A stretch of DNA of 63,961 bases, filler included, from Candidatus Rokuibacteriota bacterium (GCA_031406795.1; 8 parts of 8 records of this genome joined end to end with filler, not necessarily neighbours in it), one strand, 5' to 3'; counted from the first letter of the whole stretch, positions 1-10,140 are shown. The notes: generated from the sequence alone by a model not told the origin. Translations and numbers: made by a program.

Positions 1-1674
1 CAGTGCGACATGGGGCCGGTCGAGCAGCTCGGCCTCGTGAAGATCGACCTGCTCTCGCAGCGCTCGCTCGGCGTGCTGCAGGACGCCGTCGCGGCCGTCG
101 AGCGCAACACGGGCACGGCGCCGCCGGTGGACGAGCGCGACGTCATTCTCAACGACCGGCAGACGCGCCGGCTCGTGCGCGAGGGCCGCACGATGGGCTG
201 CTTCTACATCGAGTCCCCGGCGATGCGCTCGCTGCTGTGCAAGCTGCGAACGGAGACCTTCGAGGAACTGACGGCCGCCAGCTCGGTGATCCGCCCCGGC
301 GTCGCCGAGAGCGGCATGATGCAGGAGTACATCCGGCGCCACCACGTCGCCCGGGAGCAAGGCGACACCGCGGCCTGGTACCCGCACCCGAAGCTCGCGG
401 AGGTTTTGCGCGAGACACACGGCGTAATGATCTACCAGGAGGACGTCCTGCGGGTCGCGCACGCGCTCGCCGGCATGAGCCTCGGCCAGGCCGACACGCT
501 GCGCCGCTCGATGAGCGGGAAACTGCGCTCGCCCGAGGCGATGGCGCAGGTGCGCGACGGCTTCATCGCCGGCTGCCGCGCGGGCGGGATCGGACAGAGC
601 ATCGCCGCGGAGACCTGGCGGCAGATCGAAAGCTTCGCCGACTACGCCTTCTGCAAGGCGCACAGCGCCTCCTACGCCCTGCTCTCGCTGCAGGTCGCCT
701 ATCTCAAGGCGCACCACCCGGCGGAGTTCATGGCCGCGGTGATCTCCAACCAGGGGGGCTTTTACGCGGCGGCCGCCTACATCTCCGAATCGCGCCGGCT
801 GGGCCTGCGCATCCTGCTGCCCGATGTGAACCGCAGCGACCGCGACTACGCCGGGCGCGGGCGGGAGATCCGCATGGGGCTCATGGCGTTCGCCGGGTTA
901 GCCGAGGCGGCCATCGAGAGCCTGCTCGCCGCCCGGCGCGAAGGCGGCCCCTTCACCAATCTGTCGGATCTGCTGTCGCGCTCGGGTCTCGGCCGCGGCG
1001 ATCTGGAGCTGCTCGTGCGCGGCGGCGCCTGTGATGGCTTCGAGCTGACGCGGCCGGAGCTGCTCTGGCGGCTGGCGTGCCGGTTTCGGTCGGGAGAGCA
1101 CCCCATCCGCCCAGCCGGAACCCGCGGCGGGCGGGCGGGCGACCTGTTTCCCGGTTCCGGCGGCCTCGACCACCTCGTGCCGCGCCTGCCGGAGTACGAC
1201 CTGCGCGAGCGCTGCCGGATGGAGGAGGAGATCTTCGGGTTCATGGTGACGAGACACCCGCTGGAGCTGATCGAGGAAGGCGCGTCCGCGCCGGGGCCGC
1301 CGCTGATTGCCGCAACCGACATGGCCCGCCATGCGGGGCGGCGCGTCCGCATGCGCGGCCTCGCGATCTCGTACAAACGCATCCCGACGAAGACCGGGAC
1401 CTGGATGAAGTTCCTCTCTCTCGAGGACCTCAGCGGCACTTTCGAGGCGGTGCTCTTCCCCGACGTCTACGCCCGTTGCGCGGAAGCCACGCTCGGCACC
1501 GGGTGTCTCCTCGCGGAGGGACGCGTCACCCTCGACCACGGCGTCCCCTCCCTTACCGTTACGGGCGTTGAAAAGGGCTCAGCTGCGGCGTTGCCCTTCG
1601 CGCATCTGCCTGCGACGGGCACCAGCCCGTCTCGGCATCAGCTTGGCAGGCGCCTTGCATCTGAACCCTTTTGA
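1..1674 (+). CDS. dnaE2: DNA polymerase III alpha-family (DnaE2-like), C-terminal part, 5'-truncated
   Basis: Motifs GLVKIDLL, GCFYIESPAMR, IRPG, GVMIYQED, YAFCKAHSASYA and the OB-fold FLSLEDLSG; the short C-terminus is typical of the error-prone DnaE2 clade. Confidence 0.85.
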   Translation, partial: QCDMGPVEQLGLVKIDLLSQRSLGVLQDAVAAVERNTGTAPPVDERDVILNDRQTRRLVREGRTMGCFYIESPAMRSLLCKLRTETFEELTAASSVIRPGVAESGMMQEYIRRHHVAREQGDTAAWYPHPKLAEVLRETHGVMIYQEDVLRVAHALAGMSLGQADTLRRSMSGKLRSPEAMAQVRDGFIAGCRAGGIGQSIAAETWRQIESFADYAFCKAHSASYALLSLQVAYLKAHHPAEFMAAVISNQGGFYAAAAYISESRRLGLRILLPDVNRSDRDYAGRGREIRMGLMAFAGLAEAAIESLLAARREGGPFTNLSDLLSRSGLGRGDLELLVRGGACDGFELTRPELLWRLACRFRSGEHPIRPAGTRGGRAGDLFPGSGGLDHLVPRLPEYDLRERCRMEEEIFGFMVTRHPLELIEEGASAPGPPLIAATDMARHAGRRVRMRGLAISYKRIPTKTGTWMKFLSLEDLSGTFEAVLFPDVYARCAEATLGTGCLLAEGRVTLDHGVPSLTVTGVEKGSAAALPFAHLPATGTSPSRHQLGRRLASEPF

Positions 1675-1815
1675 ACACCCTCTCGGCTGCGGTACCGACT
1701 GCCGCCGCGGGGACTCGCCGGGCGGATGCAGCTGCCGGGTTGGTGGTGTATATTGGCGGAAATGACGGAGTTGTTCGTCTGCGCGGCGATCACGCCGGGA
1801 TTGAGGGAAGCGTCC

Positions 1816-4380
1816 ATGGATGACAAATCGGCCTACATCCGCCGGGAAACCGACAGAATTCTACAGGAGTGGTCCGCGCGCACGGCGGTCCTGGGCGCCG
1901 GCATGTTCCTGTGTCTCTCCCTGCTGGATTTTTACTGCGCTGCGGACTACGCCGTGCGCTTCCTCGGCTACCGGATCGCCGTCGCGACATTGCTGGCCGC
2001 GACCGCCGTCGCCATTCGCCGCACCCGGCGGCGAGCCGTGATGCACCTGTTCGCCTTTCTCGGCGTGCTGGCCTCGGCGATCGCCCTGGAGGCGATGATC
2101 ATGGACTTCGGCGGCCACCACTCCCCGTACCTGATCGGCCTGATCCTGCTCGCCGTTGTGTTCGCCGGCCTGATCCCCTCGGGGCCGGGGTTCGCGGCCC
2201 TGGGCCTTGGCGCCATCTTCGCCGTCTACGTCGTCCCGATCCTCCTGTGGGACACCATCCTCGAGCCCGCCTTCTTCACCGTCAACACCGTCCTGTTCTT
2301 CTGCGTTCTCGCCAGCGGCGTGCTCGTCCGCTGGTTTCACCAGCAGCACCTCGTGAGCCAGATCGCGCTGCGGCACGATCTGATCAAGAACCGCGAGAGC
2401 CTCGAGACCGAGGTCGAACAGCGTGCGCAGTCCGAGATCGAACTGCGCGAAAGCCGGGAGTTTCTCTCCTCGATTACGGCCGCGGCCATGGACGGCATCG
2501 TGATGATCGACCCCGAAGAGGCCATCCGCTACTGGAACCCTGCGGCCACGACCATCTTCGGCTACACCAGCGAGGAGGCCGTGGGCCGCGGACCGTTCAC
2601 GTTCCTGGTCGCTCCCGAAAAGGCCGGGGACTTCCTGGCGGATTACCGCTCCTGGCAGGCAACAGGCACCAACCCGCTGATCGGGCATCGGATCATCAGC
2701 AGCGGGCGTCGCAAGAGCGGCGCGACCTTCCCGATGGAGGTCGCGATGACCAGCGTGGTCCGAGGGGAGAGCTGCTGGGTCTGCGCGCTGCTGACCGACA
2801 TCAGCGAGCGCGCCGAGAATGAAGAGCGGCTCAGCCTGTTCGCCGCCGCCGTCGAGGGGGCCGCCGAGGGCATCTTCATCATCGATCTCGAGGGGCGGAT
2901 CGTCTACTGCAACACCGCCGCTGCCGGGCAAACGGGCATCCCCGCCGCCGGAGGGGTCGGCCGGGATGTTCGCACCATCCACCGGGACCCCGCCGTGTTC
3001 GACAGCGTCATTCTCCCGGCCCTGCAGAGCGGCGGGGCCTGGACCGGAGAACTCCCCGGGATCGACCGCAACGGCAGGCCGGTCCAGCTCTGGCTCACCG
3101 CATCGCTGGTACGAAACCCCGACGGCCGGCCGGCGGCGATGGTTTTGCTGACCCGGGACCTGACCGACCAGAAGCGACTCGAGGATGAGCACCTGCGCAC
3201 CCAGAAGCTCGAGTCCGTGGGGGTGCTCGCCGGCGGGCTCGCACACGACTTCAACAACCTGCTGACCATCATCCTCGGCAACCTCGATCTCGCCCGCCTC
3301 TTCGCCGGATCGAACCCCGATGCCGCCGAGGCCCTCGACCACGCTGCGGAGGCCGCGCTGCGCGCCGGGGATCTGACCCGCCAGCTGATCACCTTCTCCA
3401 AAGGCGGCCAGCCGGTCAAGCGCGTCGGCAGCATCGCCCGGATGCTGCGCGAGACGGCTCTGTTCGCGGCCTCCGGATCGAACCTCGCCTGCGATCTGTC
3501 CATCCCGGAGAATCTCCCGCCCGTGGATTTCGACGAGGGGCAGATGCGCCAGGTCATCTACAATTTCGTCCAGAACGCCCGCGAGGCGATGCCGGAGGGC
3601 GGGACGCTGATGATAAGCGCCGCCGCAATCCGGCTCGCGCCCGGGCAGATCGCCGCGCTCCCCGGGGGCTGCTATCTGCGCCTGGAATTCACCGACCGCG
3701 GCACCGGGATCGCCCAGGAGCACCTCAGCTGCATCTTCGATCCGTATTTTTCGACCAAGGAGATGGGCAGCGTGAAGGGCCGCGGTCTCGGACTCGCGGT
3801 GAGTTATTCGATCGTGCAGAGCCACGGCGGCGCGATCGCCGCGAAATCGCGCATCGGGGAGGGGACGACGATCACGGTGTACCTGCCGGAATCGACGCGG
3901 AGCGCCGAGAGCGAAGACGAAGACGAACAGGAGGAGAAGCCCGAGCCGGCTGCCGCTGCGGCCGAGTCCTGGGACCTGGTTCCGGAACGACTGCCCGATG
4001 AGCCGCCGCGAGGCCGGGTGCTCATCATGGACGACGAGCCGCTCGTGCTGGAAATGGCCGGCGCCGCCGTGCGAAGGCTCGGCTATGCCGCAACGCTGAC
4101 CCGATCGGGGGCCGAGGCCATCGTGCAGTATCAGATCGCTCTCGACTCCGGCAGACGCTTCGACGCGGTCATCCTGGACCTGACCGTGCCCGGCGGAATC
4201 GGCGGGCCGGAAACGCTGGCGCGGCTGCGTCAGATCGACCCGGGGGTCCGTGCCGCTCTCTCGAGCGGCTACACGGACCACCCGGCCGTGACCGATTGGG
4301 CAGGCGCGGGCTTCGCGGCTTTCATCGCCAAGCCCTACCTGCTTAAGAACTTCGAGGAGTTGCTCGCTACGCTCGTGTAG
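1816..4380 (+). CDS. Membrane-bound hybrid sensor histidine kinase (TM-PAS-PAS-HisKA-HATPase-REC)
   Basis: Several N-terminal TM helices, two PAS domains, H-box GLAHDFNNLL, G-boxes DRGTGI and GRGLGL, receiver LIMDDE...ILDL...AKP; GAGGGAAG RBS before ATG 1816. Confidence 0.92.
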   Translation: MDDKSAYIRRETDRILQEWSARTAVLGAGMFLCLSLLDFYCAADYAVRFLGYRIAVATLLAATAVAIRRTRRRAVMHLFAFLGVLASAIALEAMIMDFGGHHSPYLIGLILLAVVFAGLIPSGPGFAALGLGAIFAVYVVPILLWDTILEPAFFTVNTVLFFCVLASGVLVRWFHQQHLVSQIALRHDLIKNRESLETEVEQRAQSEIELRESREFLSSITAAAMDGIVMIDPEEAIRYWNPAATTIFGYTSEEAVGRGPFTFLVAPEKAGDFLADYRSWQATGTNPLIGHRIISSGRRKSGATFPMEVAMTSVVRGESCWVCALLTDISERAENEERLSLFAAAVEGAAEGIFIIDLEGRIVYCNTAAAGQTGIPAAGGVGRDVRTIHRDPAVFDSVILPALQSGGAWTGELPGIDRNGRPVQLWLTASLVRNPDGRPAAMVLLTRDLTDQKRLEDEHLRTQKLESVGVLAGGLAHDFNNLLTIILGNLDLARLFAGSNPDAAEALDHAAEAALRAGDLTRQLITFSKGGQPVKRVGSIARMLRETALFAASGSNLACDLSIPENLPPVDFDEGQMRQVIYNFVQNAREAMPEGGTLMISAAAIRLAPGQIAALPGGCYLRLEFTDRGTGIAQEHLSCIFDPYFSTKEMGSVKGRGLGLAVSYSIVQSHGGAIAAKSRIGEGTTITVYLPESTRSAESEDEDEQEEKPEPAAAAAESWDLVPERLPDEPPRGRVLIMDDEPLVLEMAGAAVRRLGYAATLTRSGAEAIVQYQIALDSGRRFDAVILDLTVPGGIGGPETLARLRQIDPGVRAALSSGYTDHPAVTDWAGAGFAAFIAKPYLLKNFEELLATLV

Positions 4381-4393
4381 CCCGCGGCGTTCG

Positions 4394-5200
4394 CTATTTC
4401 TTCGGGGGAGCCGCGGGCGGTTTCTTCGCCGGCGCCGCGGCAGCCGGCACCGGGATGCCAAGCCGCTGGCGCAGCGCGTCCGGTTCAAGCACGCCGGACT
4501 GGAACCGGCCGTCGGCGAAAAGATACGTCGGCGTGCCGGTGATGCCCTTGGCCGAGAGCAGCACGATGGACTCATCGACCAGCTTGGCGCCCTCTGCGCA
4601 CTGGTTGTCGGACTTGTAGCCGTTCTCGAGATCGTCGAAGCCCTTCTTGTCGCACACCACGGCGATGCACTGCTCGCGCGCGCCCTTGTGCATCGGCAGC
4701 GGGAACATCAGCACTTTGATCTGGATCTCGCCCTTGTCCGCCAGCTCCTTGAGGGCCGCACCGGCCCTCTTGCAGTACGGTCAAAGCGGGTCGGTGATGA
4801 AGTAGACCGACGGGCCCTTGGTGCCGACGGTCATCGCGACGAGGGCGTCGACTTTCTTCAGTTCCTCGGGCGAGAGGCTGTTGAGCGCACTGATTGTCTC
4901 TTCGGTGAGATCCCTGCCGCTCGCGGTTTCGATCAGATGCCCGGTGACCAGGTAGGCGCCGGCCGCGTCGGTGTAGACGATGTTCGGTCGGCCCTGGAAG
5001 CTGACCTGGACCTCGCAGAGGCCCTTGAGCGGGGCCGGCGCGACCTTCTTGACTTCGATCGGGCGCTTGAAGACCTCCAGGAGCTGCTTCCCCACCAGTT
5101 CGGCGGTCGGGCACTGGGCGAACGCCGCGGCCGGCAGCGCCAGCCCCAGCACCGACGCGAGCAGCGCGCGTCGGGGAATGGAAACGCGAGTACAGATCAT
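4394..5200 (-). CDS. dsbC: DsbC/DsbG-family thiol-disulfide isomerase, predicted selenoprotein (U140 in UPYC)
   Basis: ORFs 4781..5332 and 4394..4714 share a frame and are separated only by TGA at 4781-4783; readthrough gives ITDPL-U-PYCK. Signal peptide, DsbC dimerisation-like N-domain and GITGTP cis-Pro motif present; AGGGGGG RBS before ATG 5200. Confidence 0.85.
4751..4769 (-). promoter_or_regulatory. Bacterial SECIS-like hairpin
   Basis: GAGGGCCG-GUG-CGGCCCUC perfect 8-bp stem beginning 11 nt after the in-frame UGA, with G in the apical loop. Confidence 0.75.
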
Positions 5201-5410
5201 CGGTGACCCCCCTGTATTAGTCGACAAATCAACGTCATACGTGCAACCGTAGCATATCCGACGCTGAAAAAACACTCTTCGACCCACCAGGAGAATATTC
5301 TGGGGATCGGCAGCGAGGGCGCAGCTCGGCATTTCGTTGCTGGGACAGCCCGGAGACTCTTGCTATACTGAACATCGACACCAACCCGCTGACGAAAGGA
5401 TCCGCCGACC

Positions 5411-6231
5411 ATGACGCACGAGTTCAATTGCATGGCCACCGGTATCGGCAGCCTGCCGCTCACCGACCCTGACGCGGCCGTTGCGCTGGCGCTGCGGTAC
5501 CTCCCCGAGGCGCCCATCTGGCCGCAGCTGCCGAAGCGCGGCTTCCAGGAGCACATGGGCGGCCAGTACAGCGAGGCTCTTCCCGGCATCGTGAGAGACG
5601 AGGTGCGGCAGCGCTTCTCGTTCGACACGACCCAGGATCTCACGCCGGGGCTCGAACACTTTTTCGAGCGCTATCTCGCGAAGGACTATGATTTCTTCGG
5701 GTTATCGGCGGAGCACGCCGCTGGATTCCACGCGCTGCTTCGAGCGCTCGCCGGCAAGCCCCCGGCTCAGGCGCGCTTTCTCAAGGGCCACGTCACCGGC
5801 CCGCTGACCGCCGGGATCTCCTACAAGGACGAGCAGGGCCGGGACATCATCCACAACGAGCAGCTCTACGACGCCGTCGTCAAGAAACTCGCGATGAACG
5901 CCGCCTGGCAGATCCGCAAGCTGGGGGCCTTCGGCAGACCGATCATCGTCTTTCTCGACGAACCGGCAATGGAGACGCTGGGGTCCGCGTTTTCTCCGGC
6001 AGCGCCGGAACTGGTCGCGGAAAAACTGGACGAGATCATCGAGGCGATCCACGAAGCCGGCGGCATCGCCGGGATCCACTGCTGCGGGAATGCCGACTGG
6101 CCCCTGATCTTCAACACCCGGGTCGACATCGTGAACTTCGACGCCTTCGGCTATCTCGAGCGGGTGTTGTTGTATCCGGCGGAAATCCGCACGTTCATCG
6201 CCCGCGGCGGGGCGCTCGCCTGGGGGATCGT
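5411..6231 (+). CDS. Core (single-barrel) cobalamin-independent methionine synthase-like protein, 3'-truncated
   Basis: ATGIGSLP, WPQLP, KGHVTGPLT, FLDEP and GIHCCG motifs; extended -10 TGCTATACT at about 5361-5369. Confidence 0.7.
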
Positions 6232-6331
6232 NNNNNNNNNNNNNNNNNNNNNNNNNNNNNNNNNNNNNNNNNNNNTTAATTAATTAANNNNNNNNNNNNN
6301 NNNNNNNNNNNNNNNNNNNNNNNNNNNNNNN
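6232..6331. other. Artificial contig linker (N run with TTAATTAATTAA); also at 18115-18214, 41925-42024, 46760-46859, 51759-51858, 59595-59694 and 62218-62317
   Basis: Seven identical 100-nt spacers carrying stops in all six frames. Confidence 0.98.
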
Positions 6332-8030
6332 GCGCCAGCACTTCCTCGAGCCTGGCGCGCAATCCGACATCGTCGGGGCGCTGCGCGACCAGGCGCTGGT
6401 AGATCTCCGCCGCGCGTCCGTAGAATCCCTGATTGATGTAGATCGATGCCAGCGTCTCCGTGTCGAATACACCGCGCTCCGCGGCCGCTCCAGCCGGCTC
6501 CGGCTCCGGCTCCCGCTCCACATCTTCATACTCCTCCCCGAAGGAGTCGATGCGCATCTCCCCCGCCAGATCGATCGACGGAATCTCCTCGTGGAGACCG
6601 ATCTCCAGATCCGGAGCGGGCGGCGCTATCGGCTCCGGTTCGGTTTCTTGTTGCGGCTCCGCTGATCCTTCAGGCTCGAGCTCAATCTGGGGCTCAAGCT
6701 CCGCTGCCGCAGACAACGGCGCGGGTTCATCGAGCGGGCCGAAATCCAGCTCCTGCGTCAGATCGATACGCGGGAGCTCCTCCTCCAGACTCATCGGCCG
6801 CTCTTCGCCGCCGGCGGGTGTGAACGTGTCGGCCAGGGGGTACGCCGTGGTTTCGATGTCCAGCTCCCGCGGTCCCGCATCCGCACCGCGATCGGCCTTC
6901 GCTGCAGCCGGAGCAGTGCGGGGACCCGGGTCGCGGGAGAAGTTCTCGAAGGGTGACTCGGAAGCCGGCTCCGGCTCGAACTGCACCTGCCCGGAAACGG
7001 CCGACTCGAGGTCGATTTCGCCGAACGCCACCTGTTCGCCCCTGGTCGATTGCGGCGGCCCGCCGCGCTTCGGACGGCCGAACACCTCGAACGGCGAGGC
7101 TTCCGCATGCGCACCGGCATCCGGCGGCGGCGCCGTCGCTGTCGGCAGAACCGGCGTCTCCGCGGGCGCGGTCTGCTTTTCTCCCCCCCAGGCGAGGCGG
7201 GAGAAGACCTCCAATTCCATCGCGCCGGCGGAAGCGGGAGGTTGCACGGGCAACCACGGTTCGGGCTCGGCCGGATCCAGCGGCTGCGCCGCCCCGAACT
7301 CCTCGAGCGATTCGATCGCGAACGGCAGCGGGGTCGCCGGCTGTGCCTCCGGAGCGCCGAAGATGTCGTCGGCCTGAAGTTCGAGGTCGTCGAGCGCCTG
7401 GATGTCGTCAAACGGCAAGCGGGCGGGAGACGGCTGCACGCCGGACGCCGGTTCCGGTATCACCGTCGCCTGCGGCGGCGGCTGACGGACCGGCTGCGGC
7501 TTCGCGACCTCCGTCGCCTGCGGCGGCACCGGCAGCGGCGGCCTGCTCGGCGGCGCGGCCGGAGCCTGCAGAAGCGGCGGCGGCGGGGCGGGCGGCGGGG
7601 CCGCCCCGGCAAGATTCGCGATGAACTGCTGCGCCTCCTGGTCGCGCGGGTCGAGCAGGAGCACCATCTTGAACGCCTTCTCGGCGGCGGGCAGATCGCT
7701 CTGGCTGTAGGCGATCTGACCGAGGACTTTGTGAGCGATGATGTTGTCGGGGGCGGCCTTGGCGACCTTCTGCATCTCGGCGGCCGCTTCGGCGTACTGC
7801 TTCTTCTCGAAATAGGCGCGGCCGAGAGCCACGCGACCCCCGAGGTAGTTGGGATGGGCCTTCAACCCCTCGAGGGCGGTCTCCGCGGCGTCATCGAGGA
7901 AACCCGCCTTTCGGTAGGCCTCCGCGAGCGGAGCGAAGACCCGGGAGTTCGGGTCCTTGGCGAGGATCTCGAGGTACTTCTCGATCTCCGCCGAGAACGA
8001 TCCCGGGTCACGCTCCTTGTCGTTAGCCAT
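6332..8030 (-). CDS. TPR protein with long Pro/Glu-rich linker, 3'-truncated
   Basis: N-terminal TPRs (FAPLAEAYRKAG, GRVALGRAYF) and C-terminal TETLASIYINQG TPR; lies downstream of aroB. Confidence 0.8.
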
Positions 8031-8065
8031 GAAAGACTTCCCGGTAGGCAACCCTCCCGCTGGCG

Positions 8066-8656
8066 CTAGGAACAGGTGGTGTAGTCGGATACGACCAGTA
8101 TGACCTGCGCCTCGGCTTCGACCCTCGTGTGGAAGGCATCTTCACCCCAGACGCTGATCGTGGCACGAAGCGTGAGGCTCTCGGTGTTGCCGACGCTGGG
8201 GTAGTGACGCCTGATATATTCAATCGTGGCCAGGTCCATGACGACGATCGGCATCGTGGCGCTGGCACCCTCCCCAATCCCAACCGTCCACCCGCCCTCG
8301 TTAATGTCGGGGAGGCTGATCCCTCTGCTCACGCCGGTGAAACGGACACGATAGTGACTCAGCGTGACGAAGGAATTCGTGCTCTCGCCTGTCGGCGTGG
8401 TCGGCGCCGACTGATTGTTGATCGTCAGCGAGGCGTAGTGGTTCGTGACAGCGTTTGCTTCGAAGACCGGCTCACCGGTAGTCTCGTTGAAACTGCAGAT
8501 CGTCAGGAAAAGATCCGGCTCGAAATTGGATGGGGAGACACTGGTCACCCGGAGGTACGACCCGGAACCGTTATTCCGGTCGTGGCCGCAGCCGGAGAGC
8601 GGCAGGACCGCGAGAAGCAACGCGGCTGCCAGAAGCGTTCCACGATATGGTTTCAT
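8066..8656 (-). CDS. Hypothetical lipoprotein
   Basis: Signal peptide with LSGC lipobox, beta-rich body, GGGGGTGG RBS. Confidence 0.65.
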   Translation of the reverse strand: MKPYRGTLLAAALLLAVLPLSGCGHDRNNGSGSYLRVTSVSPSNFEPDLFLTICSFNETTGEPVFEANAVTNHYASLTINNQSAPTTPTGESTNSFVTLSHYRVRFTGVSRGISLPDINEGGWTVGIGEGASATMPIVVMDLATIEYIRRHYPSVGNTESLTLRATISVWGEDAFHTRVEAEAQVILVVSDYTTCS

Positions 8657-8700
8657 CCTTCCACCCCCTTGCAGGTAAAGGCTGCCCTGGTTCGTTGTTC

Positions 8701-9807
8701 TCAACACAAAACACCCTTCAGACTCTCTGAAGGGATATCGCTGTAAAGGTTTGCACTTCCAATCTTTTCTGTCAAGACGAATCTCACCTTTCCGCAGGCG
8801 GCCTTCTTGTCATGGGCCATCGCGGCAATCATGGCCAGGGCGTCCGGGGACGGGTCGTCGACCGGCAAGCCGGCCCGCCGCAGCAGAGTCTCCTGGCGTG
8901 CGGCGTCCGCGGCGCTGCACAACCCAAGTTTCAGCGCGAGGCGGGCCGCGCGGGCGATCCCCCAGCCGACGGCCTCCCCGTGCCGATAGCGCGTGTAGCC
9001 CGTAAGCGTCTCGAGGGCGTGCGCGAAGGTATGCCCGAGATTGAGCAGGCTGCGCCGCCCCCCGGTCTCGCGCTCGTCTTCGGCGACGACCCCGGCCTTG
9101 ATGCGGCAGCAGTTGGCCACGGCGTGCCGCAGTACATCGGGGTCGAGCGCCAGCAAGCGCTCGAGGTTGGTCTCGAGGAACAGGAAGAAATCCGCGTCGA
9201 AGGCGGCTGCGGAACGGATGACTTCCGCCAGCCCCGCGACCAGTTCGCGGCGCGGCAGGGTGCGCAGCGCCGCGAGATCGACGCAGACCGCCGTCGGCTG
9301 GTGAAAGGATCCGATGAGGTTCTTGCCCGCGGGGTGATCGATGGCGACCTTGCCGCCGACGCTCGAGTCGACCTGCGCCAGCAGCGTCGTCGGGCACTGC
9401 ACGAACGGAATGCCGCGCTTGAACGTCGCGGCGGCAAATCCGGCCAGATCGCCGACGACCCCGCCGCCGAGCGCAACTACCGGAGCCGTGCGCTCCAGGC
9501 GCTCCTCGACGAAGCGGTCCCAGAGACCGGAGAGCTGTTCGACCGATTTGGAGGCCTCGCCATCCGGGACGATCATCGTGCGGACCTCGAAGCCCGCGCC
9601 GGCGAGGCTCGCGCGGGCCGTCTCGCCGTAGAGATCGAAGACCGGCGGCACCGACACCAGAGCCAACGTTCCGTACAGGCCGCAGGCCCGCAGGCGCTCG
9701 CCGAGCGTTGGGAGGATGCCCTCGCCGATCCAGATCGGGTAGGCCCGCTCGCCCAGCGCGACGGTGACGGTCTCGACGGGGGCCGAAGGTCCAATCGACG
9801 TTGTCAT
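8701..9807 (-). CDS. aroB: 3-dehydroquinate synthase
   Basis: ALGGGVVGDLAGF, PTTLLAQVDSSVGGK, LNLGHTFAHALE and HGEAV motifs. Confidence 0.95.
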   Translation of the reverse strand: MTTSIGPSAPVETVTVALGERAYPIWIGEGILPTLGERLRACGLYGTLALVSVPPVFDLYGETARASLAGAGFEVRTMIVPDGEASKSVEQLSGLWDRFVEERLERTAPVVALGGGVVGDLAGFAAATFKRGIPFVQCPTTLLAQVDSSVGGKVAIDHPAGKNLIGSFHQPTAVCVDLAALRTLPRRELVAGLAEVIRSAAAFDADFFLFLETNLERLLALDPDVLRHAVANCCRIKAGVVAEDERETGGRRSLLNLGHTFAHALETLTGYTRYRHGEAVGWGIARAARLALKLGLCSAADAARQETLLRRAGLPVDDPSPDALAMIAAMAHDKKAACGKVRFVLTEKIGSANLYSDIPSESLKGVLC

Positions 9808-9838
9808 GCTTTCCCGTCCGGAAATCGGTTCATGTCTC

Positions 9839-9917
9839 GTAGGCGAGGGGTTCATTCCCTCCCGCCTGTCCCCGTGAATCGTGTTTTGCCACGGGCGGGG
9901 GTCAACCCCGCCCCTAC
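9839..9917. repeat. Inverted pair of GTAG-family REP palindromes (REPIN-like)
   Basis: GTAGGCGAGGGGTTCATTCCCTCCCG ... CGGGCGGGGGTCAACCCCGCCCCTAC; related copies at 21640-21699 and 61080-61151. Confidence 0.85.
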
Positions 9918-10133
9918 GGATGCATAGTCCAGGGTCGGGAGCATTTTTTCGGTGACCCGCATCACGATGCCGCTCACCGGCACGTTTCTCACCGACAAGA
10001 TCTTCACCGACAGATTCCTCGTCAACAGGTTACTCAACCACACGTTCCTCACTGACAGAATCTTCACAGACAGATTCCTCGTCGATAGGCCGCTCACCGA
10101 CGGATTCCTCGTCGACAGGTTACTCACCGGCAC
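9852..10133 (-). CDS. Putative 93-aa pentapeptide-repeat microprotein
   Basis: Open frame through the whole array (RNLSV/KILSV/SNLST), co-oriented with and overlapping the aroK stop; differences between matching units are synonymous in this frame. Confidence 0.45.
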   Translation of the reverse strand: MPVSNLSTRNPSVSGLSTRNLSVKILSVRNVWLSNLLTRNLSVKILSVRNVPVSGIVMRVTEKMLPTLDYASVGAGLTPARGKTRFTGTGGRE

Positions 10134-10140
10134 GTTCCGC
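9961..10140. repeat. 12 x 15-nt degenerate tandem repeat
   Basis: Units such as ACCGACAGATTCCTC, ACCGACAAGATCTTC and GTCGACAGGTTACTC in exact 15-nt register. Confidence 0.92.

Noticed and set aside
1120-1146. GGCGGGCGGGCGGGCGAC in the dnaE2 C-part resembling the REP end
   Set aside because: No GTAG end or complementary arm; too short and low-complexity.
4781-4783. dsbC nonsense pseudogene
   Set aside because: The stop coincides with the catalytic Cys position and is followed by a SECIS-like hairpin, and both halves are intact, so Sec is the better explanation.
6232-6331. TTAATTAATTAA motif repeated seven times
   Set aside because: Artificial contig linker; ORFs ending in LIN or N across it are artefacts.
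9961-10140. Possible CRISPR array
   Set aside because: Contiguous 15-nt units with no unique spacers, and no cas genes.
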